From assembly GCA_965178125.1 (NCBI GenBank), contig OZ237745.1:124001-188000 (forward strand): a stretch of 64,000 nt of DNA, written 5' to 3'. The notes below the pieces were generated by a model that saw nothing but the letters and a program-made list of their open reading frames with translations, made no database searches and had not been told where the DNA came from. This document shows positions 12,252-24,801 of this stretch, in pieces; the first letter of the stretch is position 1, and each line of letters begins with the position of its first letter. This DNA comes from Bilabrum cf. latius. Lineage: Eukaryota. Position numbers and translations under genes: made by a program.

Positions 12252-14705
12252 ATGGCATCACGGCTACAGGTTGCGTCTTTGGAAGTCCGCAGGTCTGCTT
12301 CAATGGACGCAGCTGCCGCTTCCGAAACAGGCACAAGTTCTAGCAGTGACTGCGAGGATGACGCTTTGGTAAATCCAGGGCGCTATTGGGTCCAACGGCG
12401 CGTGAAGCTCATTCGGGATGTGGCGACACGATTCAAAGGCCGAGCGACCAGCTCAGCAGAGAATCAGAAGGGCGGCTCCCGCCGGAAAGGCCCCGGTCGC
12501 AACCCACACCCAGCCAGGGAACAGATTAACACCGGCATGATGACGGCCTTGCAGGCTGCCATTCCGTCGCAGCAGGACGATCTCCTCGCCGCGTCCGAGC
12601 GGCTGCCCGGCGTGGCCCGGGCGTGTGAGCGGCTGCTCATGGCAGAGAGGGCCAGCGGGCGACCAACGCTGGGCTGGGCCCCCGGGGTGGAGGACGGGCC
12701 GGGGATCGGGAGGGGGCTGGGCTCCAGGGGCATTCGCGCTGCAGTGGAGGCGCAGAGGGTCGCGGTGGAAGCGGCAGGTGCTGCAGTGCGGGAGAACAGG
12801 GCGATCGGGCAGAGGGTCGTCGGGGCTGCTCTGGGGGAGGGATCCGCGTGGGACCAGCGGTGCGCAGACGCAGTGCTTGCTTTGCTGCGGGGTGCAGATA
12901 GTCGTTGTGGTAGCGGTCTGGCAAGTAGTCACGGCGATAGTGAGGATGATGATGGTGGCGCCTCTGCCGGGGAGGACGGGCTTGGCGCTTCGTCCCGAGG
13001 CAGCAGACCGGGCGGTGGTAGAAGTGCCCGGCGAGCGCGGCAGGTAGGGTATGCCGTGCCAGAGCATGCGCAAGCCGTCCGAGGAAGTGGCACCGTTAGT
13101 AGAGCAGCGCGCGGGAATGTACGGCAAAGGCGCTTTCGTCAAGATGCTTCGGCCTCGGCAGCAGTCGATGCGCACCGCGCGACAACACCGAGCGCACAGA
13201 CAGCAGCAGCACCTCCTCGCAGCAGTAGCAGCAGCAGCAGCAGCCAGGTTGCACACCCCAGCGCTGGTCGCGCGCAGGGAAGCACCCAATAGTCATCGAC
13301 CGCTGCAACCATCGCTCCCATCCCGCAGCTGCCCCCGCCCGCCCGCTCCCTGCCAGGCCCCCTAGTGGCGGCCAGCGGCGGCGAAGTGATTGTCGAGCTA
13401 GAGGCGTGGGTGCCTGGGGGGAAACGCGGCACTGGGAGGCAGCGGATCGTGGCCTTGGGGAGCAGCTCCATCGGGGCTATTCTGGGTGCATTGCATTGCA
13501 GCACCCTCAGCAAGCAGGCTGTGCTCTCTGCGTGCCTGCGGGGGGACGGGGCTGCAGCTTTGGGACTCGGTGGGTCGATGCTTGGGGAAGGGAGCATGGC
13601 GGGATGCAGCGCATCGTTCTGGGGTGCTCGCAGCACACTTGAGAGCATGAAGGTGGGCGGCGAGGAGAGCAGTGGCCCAAGGGCAATCGGCGATGCACGG
13701 CTCGGCGAGCTCAGCTAGGCCCTGCAGAAGGGCGTGCAGTGGGCCCTGGGCGCTGAGGGCACCAAGCAGCTGGTCGATGGCGATGGTGATGGCAATGGCG
13801 ATGGCGATGGCGATGGCGGGGGCGGGGGCAGGGGCGCGTGCACCGCTGCCAGCGACTGGGTGATGGTTGTGGAAGGCGTCTGCTTCGGTGAGTCGAGACG
13901 GTCTGCACGAGCCGCGTCAAGCTCCGGCCCGCAGGTGGTTGACCTTTGGCCACCCGGACATGGGACCAACGATGGAGATCCCGCAGCGGATAAAAACGAA
14001 CAGGGGGGCCAAGAGGCCTCTCCTCGAGGTGGCAGTGAAGAGGTCTCCAGCCCGCATCGAGGGTCGAACGGCGGGCCAGGTCTGGCGAGCCAGGCCGCGG
14101 TCGGGCACCAGGACGAGGTCTTGGCGTTCCATGAGGCCGGGTGGAGCTGCCCAGTGCCCCAGGGAGCAGGGGGCCTGATCCGATCCCAGAAAGGCACGCG
14201 CACCGCGCTACGGGAGCTGTCTGTGGTGCCGGGCAAGGCCTACGTGGCAGAGCACGCCGGGGGCAGCTGTGTGCACTGCATTGCAGTTGTGGACGTGCGG
14301 GCCGTGTCCTCGTGTGATCCCCAGTGGCAGTGCGAGTACCCTTTCGTGAGGGCCCGGTGGAGGGACCACAACCCGCCCTCGCGATCCAGGGAGGCCCTCT
14401 CCGCCCGCCCTCAGGGGATGGCGAACCACGGGGGGAAGTGTTCCTTGGGCGGATCGTGCCCGCGGCCTGCGTGCCTGGCTGTCGTGAGCGAGTGGGGCAA
14501 GGAGGCCAGGCTGTGCTGCGCGCGCTGCTGGCTGCAGGGCAGGAGCTCCCCGCGAAAGGGGGATGAATCTTTGGATGGGGCCAGCTCCGGGGCGGCGGAG
14601 TCGCCAGAGGAGTTGTCATTGTGTGACGAGTGGGGGAAGGGTTCCATGGTGCTGCCGCTGTCGGCAGGTCTTCTGCAAGGTTCGGACGCGCGATTGCACT
14701 GCTGA
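12252..14705 (+). CDS. SNAPC3: snRNA-activating protein complex subunit 3 (SNAP50)-like
   Basis: Single frame across TAG 13290 and 13716 to a TGA. C-terminal motifs MVVEGVCF, LRELSVVPGKAYVAEHAGGSCVHCIAVVDVR, YPF and C..C..PA...LCCARCW resemble the SNAP50 zinc-finger domain. The rest is divergent and low-complexity. Confidence 0.65.
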
Positions 14706-15284
14706 TCGTCTGAATGCAAGATAAATACAACGTTCGATGCAAGTAGAAGAACGTAAACAGCCAAGCCTCTCCGATTCTCTGGCTAACAAGCATCAGAGGG
14801 GACGGATACCGGGCTCAGCTGCCGTATCGCCGAGTCCATTTTGTAGATTGCCGCTCATGCCAGTGGATGGCATTGCTTGATCTCGTGCGACCGTTAGCCA
14901 CGCATTGTCCGGACCCTCTTCTGCCAATGGTGCTGTGACGCTCTCTCTGCAAGATTGTAGGTCCCAGGCGGACACTAGAGGCGCTCACGAAGCCCCCATG
15001 GCTGTGGCTGTCTGGGTGCAACATACTGGCAAACAGCATGTACTGTATCTTCGCTGCCAGTGTCGTGCATCGAGAGCCATCGCCGGCTAGCTCCGACAGG
15101 CACTCAGCACAGCTCCTGGAGCAGCTCGGAAGCCCAAATACTGAATCAGCCAGCAAACCCTACGACGCTTATGAGGCAACAGCAATGTGGACTAATAGCG
15201 AGCTGCCAATCTACGACGGGCACTAATTCGCAATCAAATTGCCGGGCTTGATTTGAGCTATGTTCATGGCCAGACCACCTACAA

Positions 15285-15860
15285 TTAGGTTGATACTCTT
15301 GCCTTCTTTTCGTCTGGATCTAGCGGTGATGAACCATTCTTGCTGCCAGCACCCGTGCCGCTGCCGCTATCCTATTCAGAGCTGGCGCTCTCCTCCCGTT
15401 CTCGCTTCATTCCCAAGGCCTGTATCGACTGCTACCCAGGCTTGGCAATCGAATTACTTGCTGGTGAAGTTGGTCCTACATGCTTCGCACCCTCGGTGTG
15501 CAGAGGCCCCACGAGCTGAGATTCTGCCGCTCGCTGGCTAGCCGCCTTGGATGAGTGCACTGGAGAAGTGCTGCTACTGGTGGAAAATATTCTTTTGCTA
15601 ATTGATACTGAGCCAGTACTGCCTAATTTGGCTGATTTTGTCGAAATAATACCGCGAATCGCACTTGAATAGCCTTCCAAAGTCGAGACGGGTGTGGCCC
15701 CTCCAACTGATGCCAGTAGCGACGATTCGAAGCGGAATATCCGCTGCTCAACGCGATGCAGCTCCGTCAAAATGTCTGAACTTATCTAGATCCTGTCGTT
15801 CTCGCTGCACATGGCCAGGTTTGCAAATATTGAAATGCCGCAGGCGCGGTGAGGCATCAT
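15285..15860 (-). CDS. Eaf6/MEAF6-like histone acetyltransferase complex subunit
   Basis: ELHRVEQRIFRFESSLL...LEGYSS...KRIFSTSSSTSP resembles the Eaf6 core. Reads through TAG 15786, 15432 and 15372 and ends ...DEKKARVST-TAA (15285-15287). Start position uncertain. Confidence 0.6.
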
Positions 15861-15925
15861 AAGGCAAGCCGCTGAATAGATCGGATCCGCTGAGTCTCGC
15901 CAGTAAACCACTCTCCCGAGATAAT

Positions 15926-17114
15926 ATGGCAGAAAAACACACCGAGGAGACGATACGGTCGCTGGTCCACATGATTAAGGATGGTGATGCTGCCGGTCTC
16001 GCCGCTGCACTCGAGGATCCCAGCACGCAAGCGTTGCTGTTCAAGCGAGAGCCTGATCGAAAGGTTGTCACGTTCGACTACCGGACCATTTTTCGTGGAC
16101 ATTCTCCAATTAATCTTGCTTGCAAGTTCACGTAGCCTGAGTGTCTACGGCTCATGCTGGAGTGCCCGGGACTCCCGCAAGATGGGGAGGACCGCAGCAG
16201 GGTAAGGTAGAGCCCGTTCTTAACCCGAAAGCAGCTCACCACTGCCCCTTTTGAATCCATGCTCAAAGTATCTACAATGTGCAATTTCCATCTCGTAGGA
16301 GCTGTATGACAGCCTCGGATCGGCCTGTTTCTTGCGCCAGGACCGGTGCTAGCCGATTTTGAGAACGGTGCACCCTCACTTGACGACCGCAGACTGTGCT
16401 GTAATTTTGGCCACAGCCGTAGATAATTTGGAGCTAGGCGTACTGATGACAACCCTCGAGCGCGCAGCTTCTATTCGTGAGTCTGTATTGCACGTGCCGG
16501 CGAAGGCTCTTGACGTTGATGATGGCAAAGGCGAGCACGACGACAAGCGCGTCAGCCTCCTGGAGAGGCTCACGTCCCTGAGACCAACCGCTGTTGTAAG
16601 TATCGGTAGAGGAAGAACCAAGAAGACAGCTGAAGGGATCCAAGCAAAACGAACGATGAAGGCTCTAAAGAGGGCGGGGCAAGCCTGCGCGACATGCGAT
16701 GGAGGCGCGGGGCTGCTGCACGGGCTGCTGGCTTCCAGCGAGCGAGTGCAAGAGGTACTATCAGGGTTGGATAAAAGTTGGATGCTGCCAGGAACAGGAA
16801 AAAGGGTGGATCTGGTCCGATGGAGGAGGGCAGTGGAGGCCAAGAGGGACGCTGGGATGGTGTTCCAGGCGGCCAGGGAGGGCCGTCCGTTGGAGCTGGC
16901 CAGGAGGCTGAGGCTGGGTGCATTGGCGGGAGGGTTGGAAGAGACCGGTGAGGTTGGTGACACGAGGAAGAAGCCTGTGGAGGCAGCCAGGCTCGGTGGG
17001 CATGACGAGTGCGTGGGGCTGCTGGAGGAGGCCGCTGAGGCGGAGCGCGTGCGTGCTGGCAGGAGGTAGCGCTGGTTTGCGTACTTGGACAAACATGCAG
17101 ATGAAGGCCTTTGA
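15926..17114 (+). CDS. Ankyrin-like repeat protein carrying the shared C-terminal module
   Basis: GHSPINLACKFT*PECLRLMLE ankyrin-like motif. Intron at 16202-16298; TAG at 16133, 16350 and 17067; TGA at 17112-17114. C-terminus VFQAAREGRPLELARRLRLG...PVEAARLGGHDECVGLL. Confidence 0.7.
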
Positions 17115-17276
17115 AGAAGCAGACAACAACGAGTAGCATTAAGGCTAATCAGATCACGACGGACAACCCACGGGAAAGAAAGCCAACTGCCAGTGGGCGG
17201 GGGCAGCCACTGGCAGCGATTTGATCTCCTTCTCTAGCACATCGGGGAACCTGTCAGATTCCACTTTCTCGTCAGA

Positions 17277-18559
17277 ATGCTGTCCATCTCGGATAAGCAG
17301 TTCGCTCAGATCAAAGCTGATATTATACAAAAGCTGGTGGAGGGTGATCGTAGCCCCAAAGGGTCTGTAGATGCCCCAGTGCGAGGATTGGTTCGAGCCA
17401 TCAATTGTCACCCCAATCTTGTGACGTTGTCCAGTTGCTCTGGGCGAATCAGCCTGTATGCTACCGCCCTTGGGCCAGAAGTTCCATCATTAAAGGGCTC
17501 CGGGGGTTGGTTGCTCGCTGCCCACAGAGAGGTCGCAGCCAAGGAGTGTTTCGAGCTCGTTCAATCGGTTGTTGGCACGGCTGACGTGGTGCTCTTCAAG
17601 CATGAAACGATGATCCTGCACATTCTGTGTAAGACTGTCGAGGAGGCTCGGCGCATGCACGCTGTTTCGATCGACTCATCATTCAGGGAGAGTGGCATCG
17701 TGCTGGGGAGGCGAGGCCCCGTTGTGCAGGTGCGAACAACGTCCAGCTTGATGGAAGTCCCGCTAATTATCCGTGGCACCCCCGTGCTCGAGTGCCTGCG
17801 CCGCTCGGAGCAGCGCGGTGCAAGCGCAGCAACTATGGTCCCCGAAGCGTTCGAGCTGCTCGTGCAGGACGCGAACGCTCGGTTCCGACGCAACCGCGAG
17901 CGCACGGCGCGGTTCTTTGACGCGTTCGTCACAGCGTTCGGGCACGCGTGCGGCGCCCATGCCTTGCCCAGGACCCCCGACGACGACAGCACCGGGGGCG
18001 TCTCGGGCCGCGCAACGACAGGTGCAGTCGGGGAAAGAGTCGCAGACGCGCGCCGAGGCGGAGACGTGACGGGCGCCAAGCGCAGGGGCTGGGAGCTTGG
18101 AGGAACGATGGAAAAAGAAGCAGAAGGAGAACTTGAAAGAGGAGGAGGACCGGGCGAAGTAGTGCCATCCACGCAGCCAATTTCTGGCGCTGCCGGGGGA
18201 GTGGGGACACCTTCCCGAGCACAAGGTACCGGCGCGAGTGCCGTGCGCCAGCTGCGGAACCGGTATCGGCGGCCCCTCTCCATGGGCTGGCGCCCGCTAC
18301 CGCTGGCAGGACCCGACGGCAGACGGCCCCGCGAGCCACCCGCCCCCACCGCCTCGATCGCCCCATCGGCTGGCAGGCGCGACAGGTCAGTGGCCCTGGG
18401 CCTCTCTGACAAGAGCCCGGGGCACGTGCCCTCACTCCCCGTTGCATCCAGGAACAGAGACAAGGGACTCGGCGTGCTGCGGTGGGGGGCCGGCGGATGC
18501 AAGCTGCACCTGCCTCTACTGCGTGCGAGCACTTCTTCTTCTGCTGCTGCTGCTGCTGG

Positions 18560-18594
<35 letters not shown>

Positions 18595-21500
18595 CTTCTG
18601 GGGGCACTGCGTTGCCTGCCTGTGAAGATGCTCTCGTGATGGCGTGCGGGTTCGGTAACGGACCGAGCACGGAGAGCGCCTCCAGCTCCAAGTCTGCTGG
18701 GCATGCGCAGGCGCAGCAGCGGCTGGGGGATGTGGTGGTGCTGCTGCCGCGGCTGGGAGCAGTGCTGCCGTCATCGTCATCGCAGCGGGGAGGACACGAG
18801 GGACGAGGACCCGCCGGGTCAGGTGGATCGCCTGGTAGTGGTAGTGGTAGTGGTAGTGGTAGTGGTAGTGCTGCGCCCTTGGCACGACAGGGGTGCTCTC
18901 TGGTGCCCTGGGGATAGGTGCATGGCACTGCACTGCTATTCGGAGGGAGGGCTGGCCCGGACAAACCTATGGCCGACGCTTGGATGCTATCAGTTGCAAT
19001 GGAGGAGGAGGTTGGTATCACGCTCTCACATCGCCCTCGGCATGCTTGGACTCGGGTCACGCTTGAAGGTGCAGGAGACGGCAAGCTTCCCGCCCCACGA
19101 TGGGCCTCCTCGCTGTGTGCCGTCCCTGTGACGAGTGCGATACTACGAGCGGCCGGCCTGGATCTCCCTGAAAAGCAGCGTGGTGCCGATGGGTCGCAGG
19201 CTGAGGCAGGTCGCGGCGCGGCTGCCTGGGTGCTGTTCGGGGGGAGGGACCGAGAGAGGGCCATGCGGGACACATGGGTGCTCGTCTGCTCCGGTACAGC
19301 AGGCAAAGGCGCTCGAGATGCGCCGCTTCCGGATGTCACCGTGCGAGCCGTGTGCATCAGCGATGGAAAGTCTCCGTGCGACAGCGCAAGGGAGGGCCCG
19401 GATGCGAGGTACGGCCACGCGTCGTGTAGTGTCGGCGCTGTTGCAGGGCCCGCGTCAGGGCAGCAGGATTCGGTGCCTAGTCAGGCCGTGGTCCTCATCC
19501 AAGGCGGACACGGCCCTCCGGTGTCCGGGCCAATCGGCCGGGACGCTAGATCTAGTCCTGGTGCGTCCCCGGTTGCATCGCACGGCAGCGGCAGGATGCT
19601 CGGAGACATGTGGATGTTCGACCCTTGTTCCCTGGAGTGGTCCCCGTTGTTCCCCGAGAGAGCCAAGACCCCCGTCAGAATCGCTGCGGCCGAGGGCAGG
19701 GAGCTGGCTCCTCTCGCCGCGTGCATCTCGCACTCCATGGCCTGGGTGCCACCGGGGCCGACCACGGCCCCGAAGGGGAAGGGGAAAGGAAAAGGTGCGG
19801 CAGGCGGCAGCAAGAGACAGGCAGTCAGCCAAGTGGTAGACTTGGGGCACGTGGTCATCACTGGGGGTGTGTTCAGAGATCCGGAACAGGCTGGCACGCG
19901 GGTGCTGCAGCTGGGGAGGGGCGAGGAAGGCGAGGTTTTGGCCGTGGCGGCACCCCTCAAGTCTTCGGACAACTTTGGCAGCGGAGCGGGCGGCGGTCTG
20001 TTGGTGAGGGGGTGCGCCGCGAGTTTCCCAGCCGTGCTCGTGAATGGACTTGCGGGATCTGGTGCAGCGGCAGCCAAAGGTGGCATGCTTGCTTCTGCTA
20101 TCGTCTCCGCGGGAGGGGGTGCGCAGTGCTTTGGGTTTGGTCAGCGGATGCAGAGTCCTAGATGTCTGAGGCTGGACCAGCTGCGCATTGCGCGAGGCAG
20201 CGGCAGCAGTAGCGGGGACTCACCCGGGGAACCTGGTCCTGCGGTACGGTGGATCGGACAGCCTGGCAGCAGCAGTGCTGCAAGCATGGATGGAAATGCA
20301 AGCTAGCGAAGCACTTTAACCGGCGTTCAAGGCCCGCTACTTGTTGGTGCACACGTCGCATTGGTGCCTGTGTGGGCCGGGGGCTACCTCAGGAGTGCCA
20401 TTGAGCTCATCTCGACAAGGGACGGCGGTCACGATTCTGCGGGCGGAGCTGCGAGCAAGGCACCCAAGGTCGTGCTCTTGCCCTCGGAGCAGATGCAAGC
20501 GGACCCAGAGACACCGTTTGTGGTGCGTCATGCGCGTGGGAAAGGGCGGGACGTGAGCGTGGTGCAGCCCTCTGGGAATGCCACCGTGGTCTCGCAGGCT
20601 GAGGAGGCAGGTGCACGGGAGAGTGGTGGCGCCCTTGACGATACCTTGGGTACAGATGGCTCGAGTATCACGTAGAGCTGGATGGCAGCATCACTACCAT
20701 TGGGTGGTGCGCTGGGTGGGGGTAGCACAGGCACTGGTACTAGTACTTTTCAGGCACTGGGAGATGGCGTGCGGTAGGCACAGTTGGAGGCAATCGAGCA
20801 CTAGCTCAGAAAGGCAACAAGGGCGCATGCGGCCCGAGCTGCGAAGCGGGCAAGCGGCGACATCTCTTCAGAGGCCTTGCCGGCGGCGCGCTCCTTCCGG
20901 CCCGTCCCTCTGGTTGTGGGCACAGTGACATCCCATGCTCCGGTTGCTGCATCTGCCGGTCGATCCAGCGATGGACCTTCCAGCGGTGCCGGTGGTGCCA
21001 ATGATTTGAGTGCCCAGTCACGCACCGGGACTGAAAGCAGTCATCTCTAGACAGCAGCGGCAGGTGCAGGTGCAGGCGCTGGTGCAATCACCACGATTGC
21101 ATCCCAGCCCAGGCCCAAGAGAGTGCAGGGTCGACCCATCGACCGGCTGCGGGCAGGGCTCGGCGAATTTCTGGTCGCCGCTGGCGTCCCTGCGGGCAGC
21201 GAGATGCACACTGCACTCATGACAGATGCACCCGCTAAGGTGGAGATGCTTGCAGGTGTTGCGATCGTTCCCTCGGGCAGCATGCGCAGCACCCTGTGGC
21301 TCGAGCTGGAGCAAGACGGCTCCTCCGCTGCCACCAAGGACGGTGCTAGGGACGGTGCTGGCTCCGCTGCGGCAGGGGCCGATGACACCGCCAGCACCAG
21401 CCGGGGCAGTCCGGCAGGCAGCCGCGCCTGGGCTGCTGTGGCTCGCTCGCTCGGTGTGACGAGAGTGCTGCGGAAAGCGGAGATAGACTCGGGCCCCACC

Positions 21501-22187
21501 CGCTCCTCGAGGGCTCGGCTGGTGGCAGACCTGGCCAAAGAGGGCCCGTGGGTGGAGGTCAGGGAACACGGGGCCAGGTATGCACTGGACGTGGAGCGGG
21601 TGATGTTCTCCAGGGGTAACGTCAACGAGAGGGCGAGGGCTGGTGGATTTGCCGCGAGCGGCGAGACGGTGGTGGACATGTTCGCCGGGATTGGTTATTT
21701 CACCATCCCGCTGGCCATGAAGGGAGGCCCCTCCAGGGTGGTAGCCTGCGACTGGAACCCCGACGCCGTGGAATGCCTGCGGAGGAATGTGGCCCTCAAC
21801 AAGGTGGGCGGGATCGTGGAGGTGCGGGAGGGCGACAACAGGGAGCAGCTCAAGGACATGAGGGGCAGGGCGGACCGGGTCCTCCTCGGGCTGATCCCCT
21901 CGTCTGAGAGGGGCTGGCCCACCGCTGTGGGGCTGCTCAAGGATCGAGGGGGGCTCCTGCACGTGCACGGTAATGCGAGCGAGAGCGACCTGCCGCCCGT
22001 GTCTCGGGCCTGGGAGGAAGCAGTGGTGTCCTCGATCGACGCGATGGCCCGGGAGCAGGGGCGGCCATGGGCCGGGCAGGTGCAGGCGGTACATCTGAGC
22101 AAGGTGAAAACGTACGCGCCGCGAGTGATACATTGCGTGCTGGACGTGCAGTGCGGAGGAGAGCGTGAAAGGGGTGCATCTGACTGA
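17277..22187 (+). CDS. tRNA wybutosine-synthesizing fusion protein TYW3-kelch-TYW2 (TYW2/3/4 type), 1636 aa
   Basis: N-terminal TYW3 motifs DRSPKGSVD, TLSSCSGRI, FRESG. Central kelch motifs LLFGGR, WVLFGGR, ARYGHA, LGDMWMFD. C-terminal Met-10+/TYW2 motifs VMFSRGNVNER, VVDMFAGIGYFTIP, ADRVLLGLIPSS, VKTYAP. One frame across TAG 18915, 20304, 20673, 20775, 20802 and 21048; TGA stop. Confidence 0.9.
18541..18869 (+). repeat. Coding microsatellites: (GCT)n poly-Ala and (GGTAGT)n Gly-Ser
   Basis: GCT run at ~18541-18597 and GGTAGT x6 at ~18833-18869 inside the TYW gene. Confidence 0.85.
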
Positions 22188-22413
22188 CGAAAGTATGGCT
22201 GGCAAGTTGATCTGACTACTTCCGCACCGGCCAGACGTGGCTGGATCATGTGGTGAGGGTGCACCACACTGTGGCATCACCAATTGGTTCCGATTCTTGA
22301 ATCAAAAATCTTGATTCAACCCCACACAGGGCCTTTCTGTTGATACGGACAATTGTTTGGAGTACATTTGAATCGCTGCACTTGCGCCTGCTTGCGCCAT
22401 CATTTGCGCCCGA

Positions 22414-24801
22414 ATGTCAGCTAAAGACCCTGCTTCAGGGCCACGCTTGCTGTAGCTAGGTGCGCTGCCCTCTGGTGCCGTTCTAGATCAAGCCGCTGAG
22501 CCGCCGCCCGCTCAATCTAAAGACACATAGCTTGGCTCACGTGATATCTTCCAAGAATCCGAGGTGTCACCTGCACGTGGCTTCCACGGAAACGTTGAAT
22601 CGGCTGGTGGACCCAGTGTATCGGAAGCTGACTGCGGGACTGCTACAGAAACAGGAGAACCTCAAACTGCGACATTTCCTGATTGGAATGACCTACGTAA
22701 GCTTTTCGTTGCCCTGAAAACCCCTGGTGCAACCAATTTTCGGCGCGTTCTCGACGAAACCCGAGCCGTCTGTGGCCGACTTGGAGCAGAAAGACCAGAG
22801 GAGCTGATGGTGATGATGAAGCACTTACTAGACGGCACGGAGTGTGTTTTACTGGAATTATTGCCCGAAGAATTGCAAGCGTTGCTGCGGGAGACTTCCG
22901 AGAGGATCGGCACGTCTCTGTTCGCCGTCAAGGATCGGGAATCGATGGTGCTACGCTTGCTTGACACATCTGGAAAGCAAGAAATTGCTCTGTGTGGCAT
23001 CTCACAAGGGGGCTACTACCACAAGGAGCTGGCCGCATCCCTGCTCATACGGCCGATCCTTGAACGTGTGCTCGCCCTAATTGGCTCGAGCAACAATTCA
23101 ACGGCCGCGTGGGCGGCTGTGTGCATCGCCAACTTGTCCCGAGCTCTAGATTTTGACGACAGGTGCAACATCGTCCTAGACATGGGCTTTGTTCCCGCAC
23201 TTGTTGCTCTTCTCGAAGGCCGCTCGCACCGCTGCACCGTGTGGGCGTTGGTGGCCGCCGGCGCCGTGTGCCGCATGGAGGGGCAGGGGCCCAGAGCGAT
23301 CGTCAGCGCTGGGGCTGTGCCCAAGCTGGTGCGTCTTCTCGAGTCGGATCGTCCAGGGGAGGCACGCAACGCAGCCGTAACCCTAGCACAGCTCGCTGAA
23401 GTATCCAAGGAGTACAAATCCATGATCGTGCAAGCCGGCGCTATGCCTTTGCTGGTGCGCCTTCTGCCAAGAAGCGAAGAGAATCTTGCTCGTAACGTGA
23501 CCGCCACCATCCTGAGACTGTGCGTTGGTGATATTGGTGCCAAGCGTCTATTGCTCGCAGCAGGCGGGATCCCGTGGATCGCGTAGATGCTCTCTTCCAC
23601 GAAGAGACTGGGGGCCTTCGAGGCTGCGCAGATCTGCTCGACCATTGCAAACGGGTTCACAGAAGGGAAGCAGGCGATCATCGATGCAGGGGCAATCCCT
23701 CCGTTGGTGCAATTGCTGGCATCTAGCGAAGAGAACCTTGCATACTTTGCCGCAACAACCTTGGGCAGACTCGCGTGGCAGCACCCCGGGGGCTAGATGG
23801 AGGTGCTCACGACACCTGGCGCGCTGGCAGGACTCGTGAAGCTCGTGGAATCCGCCCCTAAGAATGAAGCAAACAAGGCTTGCCTCGCGCTCTAGAACTT
23901 GACCTTCAATTTACCGCTTGGTCGGGCAGCCGTTGCCGACACTGGAGGCATTCACGCCGTCTTGCATCGGTTGGGCACAGAGGGCGATCCGACAATAGAC
24001 TAGCGGACTGCCCTTCAGACCCTGACGCACATGCTCATTCAGTGCAAAGCCGCACGGGAAGCAGCACAGGATGCTAACGGTATGCCAGTGCTCGTGCGAT
24101 TGCTTCTGCCGGACAACAACAGGATCGGAGAACTAGCAGCGTCAGTCATAGGCCACGCCGTGCACATGCACGAGCCGTGTCAGCTGCAGGCCGTCGCGGC
24201 CGGTGCAGTCCTTGCCCTCGTGCGCCTGCTGGGTTCCTCCGATCGCCTCGAAGGGAAAATGGCTGCCACGTGCCTGGGCTAGATCGCATGTGACTGCTAG
24301 CCCGGCATTAAGGCGCTGCTGGAAGCAGGGGCGATCGGTCGGCTGGTGCCAATGCTGGCAAGCCTGCCGGATGGATGCGCATGCAGCGCTGCGGTGGCCC
24401 TGGGTCACGTGGCACACGAGAATCCTGCCGGCCGAGAGGCGGTGCTGGAGGCTGGGGCCGTGCCTGGCCTGGTGCGGATGATGCAGGAGGGGGATGGGGA
24501 GGATCGGAGGTGGGCAGCATTTGCGGTTGCCGAAATTGCCTTGAGGTTCGAGCGAGGGCAGGAAGCTCTGCACGCAACAGGTGCGGTGCCGGCAGTCTTG
24601 GTTCTGTTGTCAACTCCATGGCGCGAGCGCGTTCCCCTCGCAGAGTCAATGCACTGCCTAGCGATTCTGCTGGCTGGTTCTGATGTAGAGCGACTGCTTG
24701 GGGATGCTGGCGTCGCTGCGGTGCGGGAGGTGGCAGTAATGGGCGGTGCACCCGGTGCTGGAAAGATTGCAAACCAGATCCTGCGTCGTCTGGACAAATG
24801 A
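22414..24801 (+). CDS. Armadillo-repeat protein, 795 aa
   Basis: About 11 ARM repeats (AGAVPKLVRLL, AGAIPPLVQLL, AGAVPGLVRMM). One frame from ATG 22414 to TGA with 8 TAG (22453, 22528, 23584, 23794, 23893, 24001, 24280, 24298). Confidence 0.85.

Noticed and set aside
14706-15284. Short ORFs between the SNAPC3-like and MEAF6-like genes (e.g. 15038-15226 +, 14815-15156 -)
   Set aside because: No recognisable motif or consistent exon structure even after recoding; probably UTR or intergenic, though a small gene is not excluded.
22414-24801. Pyrrolysine, UAG=Leu, or context-dependent readthrough
   Set aside because: TAG contexts vary, multiple TAGs per gene would make leaky readthrough untenable, and informative positions match Gln rather than hydrophobic or catalytic sites.
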